DNA of 47,472 nt from positions 1-47,472 of the IMG/VR virus record IMGVR_UViG_3300020003_000003; one strand, written 5' to 3'. This document shows positions 26,015-33,542 of the stretch, in pieces. How positions within the stretch are numbered: position 1 is the first letter of the stretch; every line of letters begins with the position of its first letter. This DNA comes from a virus. Taxonomy: Duplodnaviria; Caudoviricetes. The notes beneath the pieces were generated by a model. It made no database searches and was not told where the DNA came from. It was given only the letters and a program-made list of their open reading frames with translations. A program made the translations under genes and the position numbers.

Positions 26015-27640
26015 TCAACCTGCCACTATAAACCCTTTGAACTCGGGATGCAAGTTCTGGAGGTTCATCCCTGTTCCCATAAGGGTCTGTGAAGACGAGA
26101 GACGACCCGTCCAAGTGCCTCGAGGGTTCCAGCTGCAACGTAGACGACTATCTTGGTCGAGTTCAACGTCGATGTATGTACCTTTAAGCTTCTTGAGTGC
26201 CCTGATCTCCTGGACCAGTTTAGCCTCCTTTGCACCAACGCCAGCTTTGCGTACGATCCTAGACATAGCCTTGTCATCTGTCGTCACTCCCCCCATCTGG
26301 TTTTTGTACGGAGGAAGCCCCAGGGTGTCGTAGAAGTACTGCTGGCACTGCTTGGGGCTGGTCGGATTGAAGTCCCACTGGGATATAGCTGTTAGCTCCG
26401 CCTCCTTGGTTGCTATCGACACCTCTAGGCGTGCCTTCGTACTGGCCAGGCCTTCTCGATCCACTGCGAGACCATGAGCCGTCATATATGTAAGAGGGCC
26501 GGCCAGCCTGGCGGTTCTGTTGTATGTGGGCCAGTAGCCGCCATCGGTCATCTCCTTCGATAGTACGTCCCACGCTTCTAATGCCACACAGGCGTCGCGG
26601 CCGCAGTAACGCTGAAAGGTTTCCCAGTCTATGTTTGGGTTCTTCCATATCTTTCCATCATCCTTCCAGTAGGGCTCTCGAGTGTGGATGCTGGCTATGA
26701 AGTCCAGGCCCTTGTTGAAGTCCGGGTACATGATATGCTGGGCAATCATAGGGTCCCCTAGAAAGCCCTTGGTGTGGATATTACACTGCATGAACAGAAA
26801 GGGAGCATCGAAGCCAACTATATTCTGATTGATCTTCATTACCGAAGGGTCGCTCATCAGAGAGGCGTATTCCCTCCAGACGCAGACCTCATCTTCCTCT
26901 GTCCAGTAATCTGCTCCAGAAGGTGACAAGAGTGGTATAGTCATCGCTTCTGCTGGGTCGCAGCTCAGGCTGAAGCACGACACCTGATGGTTCATCACCT
27001 CTATGTCCGTGCATACCCTCCCTGCTTCGCGGCATTTCTGTATGTAGTGGTAAAAGTCTGCGTAGGTTGGCCTGATTAGGAGGTTCCTCTTGGGAAGGAT
27101 CAGCTCCCGATCCTCCAGCTCTCCCTTCACCTTCTCCATGTCGGCTATTATCAGGTAACGCCAGAGGTACGTTCCGTGAAGGGTAGCCGCTGGGTGGATA
27201 GTCGGGATGAACTTGCGATCTATGATATCTGACCATAGAGGGGAGCCGCGCCACTTCATCATTGGGCGCTCGTCCCCCGTTAGAAGACCCATTGCCTGCT
27301 GACCCATAGGTAAGATGACCGAGGCAGACGATGACCTTATTCGGTCCAACGTAGGGGCAGCTGCATCGAGGCCAGCCGCAGTATACCCTTTTCCTCTGTA
27401 CCATAGACACTCTCCGTTGAGATAGCAGTTGCCACGCTTGTCCTTCTCAACCGGCTCCTGCCAGACGTTTAGGATATAGCATTGCTTGCGGATCAGGCCA
27501 GCGGAATGGAGGCAGTCGTTAAACACATCGCCGCTGGGTCCTACGAGGGGCCGACCTAGACGCATCTCAACGCGAGCGGGAGCCTCGGCCAGGACGAGGA
27601 GCCTGCTGGAAGGGTCGCCTTCTTCATAGGGAGAGGTCAT
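26015..27640 (-). CDS. polA: DNA polymerase family A, N-terminal subunit: UDG-like domain + 3'-5' exonuclease + thumb
   Basis: UDG family 4-like AEAPA...PLVGPSG and HPAA; Exo I TDIE, Exo II N...FD, Exo III YCGRD; FNPTSPKQ, TGRLSS and NLQN. Confidence 0.9.
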   Translation of the reverse strand: MTSPYEEGDPSSRLLVLAEAPARVEMRLGRPLVGPSGDVFNDCLHSAGLIRKQCYILNVWQEPVEKDKRGNCYLNGECLWYRGKGYTAAGLDAAAPTLDRIRSSSASVILPMGQQAMGLLTGDERPMMKWRGSPLWSDIIDRKFIPTIHPAATLHGTYLWRYLIIADMEKVKGELEDRELILPKRNLLIRPTYADFYHYIQKCREAGRVCTDIEVMNHQVSCFSLSCDPAEAMTIPLLSPSGADYWTEEDEVCVWREYASLMSDPSVMKINQNIVGFDAPFLFMQCNIHTKGFLGDPMIAQHIMYPDFNKGLDFIASIHTREPYWKDDGKIWKNPNIDWETFQRYCGRDACVALEAWDVLSKEMTDGGYWPTYNRTARLAGPLTYMTAHGLAVDREGLASTKARLEVSIATKEAELTAISQWDFNPTSPKQCQQYFYDTLGLPPYKNQMGGVTTDDKAMSRIVRKAGVGAKEAKLVQEIRALKKLKGTYIDVELDQDSRLRCSWNPRGTWTGRLSSSQTLMGTGMNLQNLHPEFKGFIVAG

Positions 27641-28116
27641 TCTAGATCCTCTATTATTCTTAGGATATCATCATCTCCAAGTTTACCTAGCAGCTTAGTT
27701 TTTCTGTGTAGATGTTTCCTGCTAAGCGCAGCCTCCTCTGAATAGTACAGCTTATAGTGCTCGCTCCATTCTTCCTTAGTTCTTGGAGGTTTATAATCAT
27801 CAGGTCTTCCTCGTCTCCTGGCCCTAGCTCTCTCAAGATAATCACTAACCATAGCATGATGTGCAGTATTCTGCAGGTAATCTATAGCACGCCTGATTGT
27901 GTCTATATCCTCGCCTAACATACCTATAGCCAGATTACACCTATGTTCCAATATTCCTCTATGACAACCAGTGCTTTTACTGTGATCGGATACTGGTCTC
28001 TCGGGAGGCTTATTAGATATAGGACATACTCCTCCTTGCAAGTTTTCTAACACATAATTAACGTCATCAGGAGATATTCTAAACCTAGCCCAGCGATATA
28101 CTCTATCTTCGGTCAT
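27637..28116 (-). CDS. Endonuclease VII-like (His-Me finger) protein, possibly a free-standing homing endonuclease
   Basis: QGGVCPI...DH...G..RGIL..RCN.AIG.LGED...AI.YL; AT-rich; ATGA-coupled start at 28116. Confidence 0.75.
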   Translation of the reverse strand: MTEDRVYRWARFRISPDDVNYVLENLQGGVCPISNKPPERPVSDHSKSTGCHRGILEHRCNLAIGMLGEDIDTIRRAIDYLQNTAHHAMVSDYLERARARRRGRPDDYKPPRTKEEWSEHYKLYYSEEAALSRKHLHRKTKLLGKLGDDDILRIIEDLE

Positions 28117-28322
28117 TTCTTCTTTCCTCCTCTCTGCCGCACACAACTCATAATCTCCACATACAGCTCATTCTGAGCCGTCCTAGCCAGCTGTCTTAGC
28201 TGGAGGGATGTCTCCTGACAGGTCCGCATATCCCTAAACTGTATCTGCACAGACTTCTGCCAGATCATTACAGGAACACCGAACTTGACGACGATGAAGA
28301 GGGTAACAGGATCAGGGATCAT
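28113..28322 (-). CDS. Hypothetical protein
   Basis: ATGA-coupled start MIPDPVTLF at 28322. Confidence 0.5.
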   Translation of the reverse strand: MIPDPVTLFIVVKFGVPVMIWQKSVQIQFRDMRTCQETSLQLRQLARTAQNELYVEIMSCVRQRGGKKK

Positions 28323-28600
28323 TCGGCTATCCTCAGACTGTGGTACATAGCTCCCATGCCACATCTCTCACAGACAGTCTCACCTCCCCCTCCATGGGCA
28401 AAGGCACGCCAGCCTTTGAAGTTGTGCTCGCAAGGACCAGTTGGACAGGCACAATAGCAGGCATCAAAGTCGAAACTATGCCAGACCAGTTCAGGCTTCT
28501 CAATATCGAGCTTCTTGGCTAACTCATCAAGTTGCGCCCTTACAGATGCATTACGTAGGGCCCTTAGCTCCTCAAAGTCAGGCTTTGTCGTGCTCGACAT
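28319..28600 (-). CDS. Cys/His-rich putative zinc-binding protein
   Basis: CYCACPTGPCEH...CERCG. Confidence 0.6.
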   Translation of the reverse strand: MSSTTKPDFEELRALRNASVRAQLDELAKKLDIEKPELVWHSFDFDACYCACPTGPCEHNFKGWRAFAHGGGGETVCERCGMGAMYHSLRIAE

Positions 28601-29873
28601 CCTCTTGTATCCTTCTTAAGAAGCTATCCTTGTGCTGCTGAGAGAGGTCCCAGCCTATTCCTGTATGCTTCTTCCTATAGGCGGCCCGCAGGGTCACCCC
28701 CGATCCTAGAAAAGGGATCAAGATGTGACTCCCCGGATCGAGGCACAGGTCCAGTATCTCCTCCATCAAGGCTATGGGTTTCTCAGTGGCATGATCCTTC
28801 TTGCCCAACGGTGGGAAGTCGAAGACGTTACCTCTGCCCCGACGGGGCAACTTCGGCTTGCCCTTCCTAGCAAGGAAGAACGGTTCGTAGCAGGAGCCCA
28901 GCGTGGTATAGGGACTGGCTGTCTGCCCACTATCCCCCTTCGTCCAGACCGCTGGAATGTCAGGAACGCCGAAGCCCACCTCCCTTAGGATACGTAGGAC
29001 ATCGCAATGCCAACTCATTCCGTACCAGAAGACAGCGAACTTATTGTCCTTCAGGCGATCATAGACCAGCGCAGCCGTATCGAAGAACAGACTGGGGTAG
29101 CTGTCCGGGGTCCACTCCTTATATGTAGCCATTGGCCTAGTATTGGTATTCCTGCCCTTGCGCTTGTCCAGATCAACACCGTAGGGAGGGTCTACCTCAG
29201 CGAAGTCGAAGATATCCCTCTTCATAAGGGACATCTCCTTTAGGGCATCTCCTATCAGGTAGTGCTCCTCAGCATCGTTGATGGCTGTCTTGATGTGGTC
29301 AGGTACTTTCGCCCTGGCCGCTTTGATAACAACCTCCTCTTCAAGGCGCTCAACGTCCTTAAAGGCATGATCCTCATGCTCGAACTTGTCTAGTTCCAGC
29401 TCGGGAGACTCCTCCATAACACGAGCCAGGTGTAGGCTTCGGTTCACAGCTGGTTGAGACCTACCAACCAGGGTTGCCTGCTGATGCTGAGACCAACCCT
29501 TCTTTGTTACAGGGTTATACTCCCCAAACTCGGCTATCTTTAGGTTGTAGAGCTTCAACTCCAGCCTGTCACGCTCATGCCATAGGAGATCCTTCCGAGC
29601 AATGTTCTCGACAAGCTCGATCTCAAAGCGAGTGGTATCAGTCTTGATATCGTCACGAATTATGCCTTTGATAGTATCTGCGCCTATTAGGCGGTGTGCT
29701 AGATAACGGCGCTCACCAGCTATCAACTGGAAGTTGCCATCTACCGTAATAGGCTGTATCAGGCCGTGCTCTTTAATAAGAGCCGCTAGGCTCTCTATAT
29801 CTCCCTTGTCCTCTCTTGCCCGATCCTTGACCTTAATCTTAGCGAGTGGTATCTCCTGAACTTGCATCCCCAT
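28578..29873 (-). CDS. ParB-like N-terminal domain + HTH fused to a beta-class N6-A/N4-C DNA methyltransferase
   Basis: GLIQPI and AGERR (ParB), ENIARKDL, HTH SQ..A.LVG.SQ..V; MTase DPPY, HATEKP and PFLGSG. Confidence 0.85.
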   Translation of the reverse strand: MGMQVQEIPLAKIKVKDRAREDKGDIESLAALIKEHGLIQPITVDGNFQLIAGERRYLAHRLIGADTIKGIIRDDIKTDTTRFEIELVENIARKDLLWHERDRLELKLYNLKIAEFGEYNPVTKKGWSQHQQATLVGRSQPAVNRSLHLARVMEESPELELDKFEHEDHAFKDVERLEEEVVIKAARAKVPDHIKTAINDAEEHYLIGDALKEMSLMKRDIFDFAEVDPPYGVDLDKRKGRNTNTRPMATYKEWTPDSYPSLFFDTAALVYDRLKDNKFAVFWYGMSWHCDVLRILREVGFGVPDIPAVWTKGDSGQTASPYTTLGSCYEPFFLARKGKPKLPRRGRGNVFDFPPLGKKDHATEKPIALMEEILDLCLDPGSHILIPFLGSGVTLRAAYRKKHTGIGWDLSQQHKDSFLRRIQEDVEHDKA

Positions 29874-30099
29874 CCCCTTCTAGCTCGGCTAGCAGTGCTG
29901 CTAGTTGATCCGGCGTCATCTTGTCGATCGCCTTACTGGTCTTCCCCTTGGCACTGCTACTACGCCGTGCCGTGGCTTTCTTCTCTCTCCGAGGCTCCTT
30001 ACTTACACGGCGATCTCCTCTCATCTTGCGAACATGCTCACGCAGCTCATCCAGGCTCATGTGTTCGATACTCTTACGCAGTTTATCTAGATGAGACAT
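29839..30099 (-). CDS. Small basic helical protein
   Basis: AGGA RBS 7 nt before ATG 30099; overlaps the ParB-MTase start. Confidence 0.55.
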   Translation of the reverse strand: MSHLDKLRKSIEHMSLDELREHVRKMRGDRRVSKEPRREKKATARRSSSAKGKTSKAIDKMTPDQLAALLAELEGDGDASSGDTTR

Positions 30100-30116
30100 A
30101 ACCATGTCCTGTTGAA

Positions 30117-30153
30117 TAAGAGACCCCAATCAAATTTTGATCGAGGTCTCTTA
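30117..30153 (-). promoter_or_regulatory. Long hairpin containing the 24-bp element (terminator- or operator-like)
   Basis: Minus strand TAAGAGACCTCGATCAAA-A-TTTGATTGGGGTCTCTTA pairs along its length with G-U pairs; follows the DUF669 stop. Confidence 0.6.
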
Positions 30154-30162
30154 CATGAGGGT

Positions 30163-30561
30163 TCAATCCTTCAAGCGAGGCAGTCTCAGGCGGTTATAGA
30201 CGTTGCCGTCATCGCCTTCTTCTTGGTAGAGGAAACTCCTTCCCACGGCACCCAGCAGATCATCTGAGTTGAAGCCGTTGCTTTCCTGGGCTACACCGAA
30301 GCAGGTTAGGAAGCGCTTGATGTCCAGGAGGCGCATCTGCCTCTGGTCAGCCGGAGTGTCCCTATCGGGATAGGTGATCCAGTGCCGCAAGAGGGCCGCG
30401 TTGGGATAGGCACTATCCTCGATCTTGATATAGACAGTAGTCATGGCGTTGCCCTTCTTGGACTCGCCATCTTCGGCCTTGACGATCCTAAGATCGTACT
30501 CACCCTCCGGCACTGGCTCAGCTTCTTTCGCATCGTCCAGAGGTACGCTGATAAACGGCAT
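30163..30561 (-). CDS. DUF669-like single-stranded DNA-binding protein
   Basis: EPVPEGEY.L.I..AE..ESKKGN.M...YNR pattern; adjacent to the AAA_24 ATPase. Confidence 0.72.
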   Translation of the reverse strand: MPFISVPLDDAKEAEPVPEGEYDLRIVKAEDGESKKGNAMTTVYIKIEDSAYPNAALLRHWITYPDRDTPADQRQMRLLDIKRFLTCFGVAQESNGFNSDDLLGAVGRSFLYQEEGDDGNVYNRLRLPRLKD

Positions 30562-30571
30562 CTTGTGTTCC

Positions 30572-31492
30572 TTATGGTCTCAGTTGGGTTACCTTGGAGC
30601 CTGGCACCTGTCTCGCTCGTGCAAGGAGTGCTCCTATCCCGCCAGATGCCAAGTCTCCAAAGCCTCGGATAGTCACATCCTCAATCGTCTGGAGACCTTG
30701 GATGCTCGACCTCACGTCTTGCAGGCCACGCGGGTCTGGTCGAGTTCTTATCTCATACTTCACCGTTCCTTTCTCCCCTTCAGCAGTTTGGGCTAGCCAG
30801 ACATTGGTGAACATCAGGGGAAGGATGTTCCTAGCCTTGCCTGGCAACATTAGCTGGGTCTCGATCTTCTTGGTCTTCTCATCCTGGAAGGTCGTGAAGT
30901 GGCTGGTGCAGTAGAGGCTGATTGGTAGGGAGGAGATACTTCCGAAGACGTCGGCCATCTTGCTTCCCACCACTCGATAGTCGCCCAGCTCCTCAATATC
31001 TCCATAGCGATTGTTAATAAATAACTGCCGGTCCATCACTGATTTAGACAGGAAGGTCAGGCTGTCCAGAATAAGCCAGTCGTAGTCATTGAAGAAGCCC
31101 TTCTCCACCTTCGCGTTGATATCGTCTATCCACTTCATGTAGACCTTGGGCTCGAGCTTCTTGCCAGCTCTAGGTACGTCCGACTTGGAACCCTTGTTGA
31201 AGCCTTTTAGAGTAGCATCCATCTCTAGGAAGTCCGGATAGAACTCTTCATAGTCGACGTTACATCCCCTGAGTGTAGACATAGAGTTGGGATCGAAGAT
31301 GTAGGCGAACTTCCGACCGGGCAGGGTCCATATCTGGGCCGTCTTACCTGTTCCCGTCTTTCCAGCTACCAGTATTCGTTCTTGTGTACTTAGGGTGGCG
31401 TCTTTGGCGTTGGGCATCTCTGCTAGCATCCTCCAGAAGTCAAGGCGCTTTCTCTTGAAGAGCAGTGGCTCTTCCATGTGCTTATCTAGCAT
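30572..31492 (-). CDS. AAA_24 / Sak4-like ATPase (recombination); alternative start at 31417
   Basis: Walker A GKTGTGKT, Walker B ILDSLT, and TSH; lies between the exonuclease and SSB-like genes. Confidence 0.78.
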   Translation of the reverse strand: MLDKHMEEPLLFKRKRLDFWRMLAEMPNAKDATLSTQERILVAGKTGTGKTAQIWTLPGRKFAYIFDPNSMSTLRGCNVDYEEFYPDFLEMDATLKGFNKGSKSDVPRAGKKLEPKVYMKWIDDINAKVEKGFFNDYDWLILDSLTFLSKSVMDRQLFINNRYGDIEELGDYRVVGSKMADVFGSISSLPISLYCTSHFTTFQDEKTKKIETQLMLPGKARNILPLMFTNVWLAQTAEGEKGTVKYEIRTRPDPRGLQDVRSSIQGLQTIEDVTIRGFGDLASGGIGALLARARQVPGSKVTQLRP

Positions 31493-31512
31493 TGTATTCC
31501 TCTTGTAGGAGT

Positions 31513-31538
31513 GGTGCAGCTGGTTGCGCAGCTGCACC
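31513..31538 (-). other. Intergenic 10-bp perfect hairpin
   Basis: GGTGCAGCTG-CGCAAC-CAGCTGCACC; no U-tract follows. Confidence 0.5.
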
Positions 31539-31611
31539 GTGCTCTAGTATGAGGGAAACGCTCTCGCACTACTCCTCTATATGGTGGATCGGCCCACCTG
31601 CCATGCTGGGA

Positions 31612-31842
31612 TCACTCTTGCCCCGGCATCTTGGTTATAGCCCTAACTGCCCACATGCAGCTATTCTGCAGATCGGTCTTGGCCATCGAGATATCCCTGC
31701 TGGAGCCGAAGGCCATCTCGACCGCAGTAAGTGCCTGCCAGGAATTCTCATAGACTGTCTTGGTAACGTCCATCATACGCTTCTGGTCATCGCTCAGTGT
31801 ACCGTAGTTCTTCCGAAAGGGATCACCCTTTATCGTTGCCAT
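31612..31842 (-). CDS. Acb2/Tad1-like cyclic-nucleotide sponge (anti-defence) candidate
   Basis: Y.TLS..QK.MM..TK...SRDISMAKTDLQ...MWAVRAI parallels Acb2 (YRDLS..E..MM..VK...R...GKTDIQ..MM..IRAI). Confidence 0.68.
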   Translation of the reverse strand: MATIKGDPFRKNYGTLSDDQKRMMDVTKTVYENSWQALTAVEMAFGSSRDISMAKTDLQNSCMWAVRAITKMPGQE

Positions 31843-32839
31843 CTGTCACTCCTTCTATAGGTCCAATGTGTTCAAGAGGATCCCAACGCTTCGCTGTAAA
31901 GCCTGCCGGAATAGGTCGGTCGATGGGATTGGGCCACGCCTTACAGAGACCAAGATACGCACACGCACTATTGAAGTCCCAGCAGCTGTTGGTATTTTTA
32001 GGGAATGCTCGTAGGTAAGGGTCGGACGCCTTCGACCTTTTATGCTCAGATTTGTCTTCCTCAATGCGCCTGATCCAGTCTTGGACTTCCCAGAGCCAGC
32101 CGTCGAGGTGCTGGAGCTGTCGCTCGACTGGGATGAACATAAATCCTTCGTCGCTTTTGTGGACAAGCGCGGCATCTACCCAGACTCCTCCTACCTGGTC
32201 AGGAAACATCATGTGGAGAGCATACAGATAGCCGTCCACCTGCGCGTTGGGACTAAATGAGTCCAAGAAGGTGGATCGAAACTTCCCTTCCTTCCGGTAG
32301 GCCGTTGTGGTCTTGTGCTCAATGCCAATGATCTTTCCTCGCCGCTTGACAACCTTGTCGATTTTCCCTACATAAAACAGAGTGGGGTCCTTTGGGTCGA
32401 GCGGAACAGCGAAGGGCTTCTCCATTGACACTAGCTCAAAGTCATCCCTATTCCGGGACCTATAGTCGATATAGGCAACGATCATCTCTAGGGCCTGACT
32501 GGGCGTCCTGGGAGATAGCTCCTTCTCCTCCTCATAGCCGATCTCGTCGGGAGGAGGCATCCCTTCATCTTGCCAGTACTTGCAGAAGGCGATATAGGCC
32601 GCTTTGGCCAGTATCTCCTTGGAGGGCATAATCGCAGGAGGGGTCATCCCTGCCCAGATGACCTCCATCGCTGCGTGCCAGCCGCCTCCAAACACTAGGG
32701 GTGTCCTGGTTCCGTCGGGACGCCAATCTCGGACATGGCGATAGTAGAACAAGCGAGGACACCGCTTGTAGTCGGATATCCTCGTGTTGTCGTATAGCCT
32801 CAGGACCCTGTCGGCCCTCTTGTCATGGTTGCAGGTCAC
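31823..32839 (-). CDS. PD-(D/E)XK exonuclease (RecB/Cas4-like)
   Basis: YKRCPR, G...H, MEKPF, GKIDKV, IEHKT, Q..GY and a C-terminal C.....C.Y..LC cluster. Confidence 0.82.
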   Translation of the reverse strand: MTCNHDKRADRVLRLYDNTRISDYKRCPRLFYYRHVRDWRPDGTRTPLVFGGGWHAAMEVIWAGMTPPAIMPSKEILAKAAYIAFCKYWQDEGMPPPDEIGYEEEKELSPRTPSQALEMIVAYIDYRSRNRDDFELVSMEKPFAVPLDPKDPTLFYVGKIDKVVKRRGKIIGIEHKTTTAYRKEGKFRSTFLDSFSPNAQVDGYLYALHMMFPDQVGGVWVDAALVHKSDEGFMFIPVERQLQHLDGWLWEVQDWIRRIEEDKSEHKRSKASDPYLRAFPKNTNSCWDFNSACAYLGLCKAWPNPIDRPIPAGFTAKRWDPLEHIGPIEGVTDGNDKG

Positions 32840-33063
32840 TTGCCATCTCGTTCGTATAGGGTCTGACGTAGATAGACACAGGCGTCTAGCAGCTCAGCAT
32901 ATAAGTCCTTTAGAGCATCCCGTCCGTTGTGTGGCTGCAGAGGCGTTCCATAGCGCTCCCTCCCAACGGCATCTCTGTTTGACATATCAGCCAGCACCAA
33001 GTCCCAAACTGATGGAAGGTTGTTTGATCTTGGTGCTGGCTGTTCCAAGTTATCCGATGCCAC
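32836..33063 (-). CDS. Small all-alpha NTP-pyrophosphohydrolase-like protein
   Basis: G.ERYGT.L...DLYAELLDACVYL. Confidence 0.55.
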   Translation of the reverse strand: MASDNLEQPAPRSNNLPSVWDLVLADMSNRDAVGRERYGTPLQPHNGRDALKDLYAELLDACVYLRQTLYERDGK

Positions 33064-33247
33064 GCAGTCTACCTCCGAAAGTTTGCCACAGAATTAGAAG
33101 GGCAACTAGCAACACAACAACCCAGATGATGTTCATAATAGGCGGTGGGATAGCAATGCCGATCTGGCCCAGTACATAGATGATCAGATAGATCACCCCT
33201 ACCAAGATGCAGAGGTAGATCAGCATCATTATGACCGACTCAACCAT
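33050..33247 (-). CDS. Small two-TM membrane protein
   Basis: Two hydrophobic helices joined by IAIPPPI. Confidence 0.65.
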   Translation of the reverse strand: MVESVIMMLIYLCILVGVIYLIIYVLGQIGIAIPPPIMNIIWVVVLLVALLILWQTFGGRLRGIG

Positions 33248-33542
33248 CACGAGCCTCCTTTTCTGCTCTGGCTAGGTCGTCTAGGGTAGCGTTATGCATC
33301 TCCAGCAGGTAGTTGCAGCCCTGCTTCTCAATGTCCGTTACCGCCCCACACTGGTCGCAGGAGCCCGTCTTGTGAAAGACGTTGGGCGTCTCCATCGTTA
33401 GGCGTTGGCCGCACTTTGAGCAGCTGAATTTCTGGTAGCAGAGGCGGCCCTTCTCCGCGTGCAATCTTACCGCTTCGCACACCGTCTTGAATGGGTGATC
33501 CGTTGGCGGCTTTAGCACTGCCAGTACGTTCTTGTCCTTCAT
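33240..33542 (-). CDS. Zn-ribbon protein
   Basis: CSKCG...CDQCG; GGAGG RBS before ATG 33542. Confidence 0.62.
   Translation of the reverse strand: MKDKNVLAVLKPPTDHPFKTVCEAVRLHAEKGRLCYQKFSCSKCGQRLTMETPNVFHKTGSCDQCGAVTDIEKQGCNYLLEMHNATLDDLARAEKEARDG

Noticed and set aside
24734-26017. Group I/II intron, intein or ribosomal bypass joining the two polA halves
   Set aside because: The halves are in frame and the 5' part ends in U, but the interval is filled by three coupled ORFs with no space for a ribozyme core. There are no intein Cys/His-Asn ends and no matching landing codon. Only RT-PCR can fully exclude splicing.
31465-31611. Stop-codon (TAG) reassignment suggested by TAG-rich sequence and a short interrupted frame here
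   Set aside because: Long genes are intact under the standard code, several end in TAG with the next gene starting right after, and no suppressor tRNA was seen.
31823-32839. CRISPR-associated Cas4 / CRISPR array
   Set aside because: No repeat-spacer array or other cas genes; the context is a phage recombination module.
25783-33063. Z-base (2-aminoadenine) or other hypermodified-base pathway
   Set aside because: MazG-like genes are present, but no PurZ, HD-domain dATPase, thymidylate-synthase-like, queuosine-pathway or glycosyltransferase genes were recognised.
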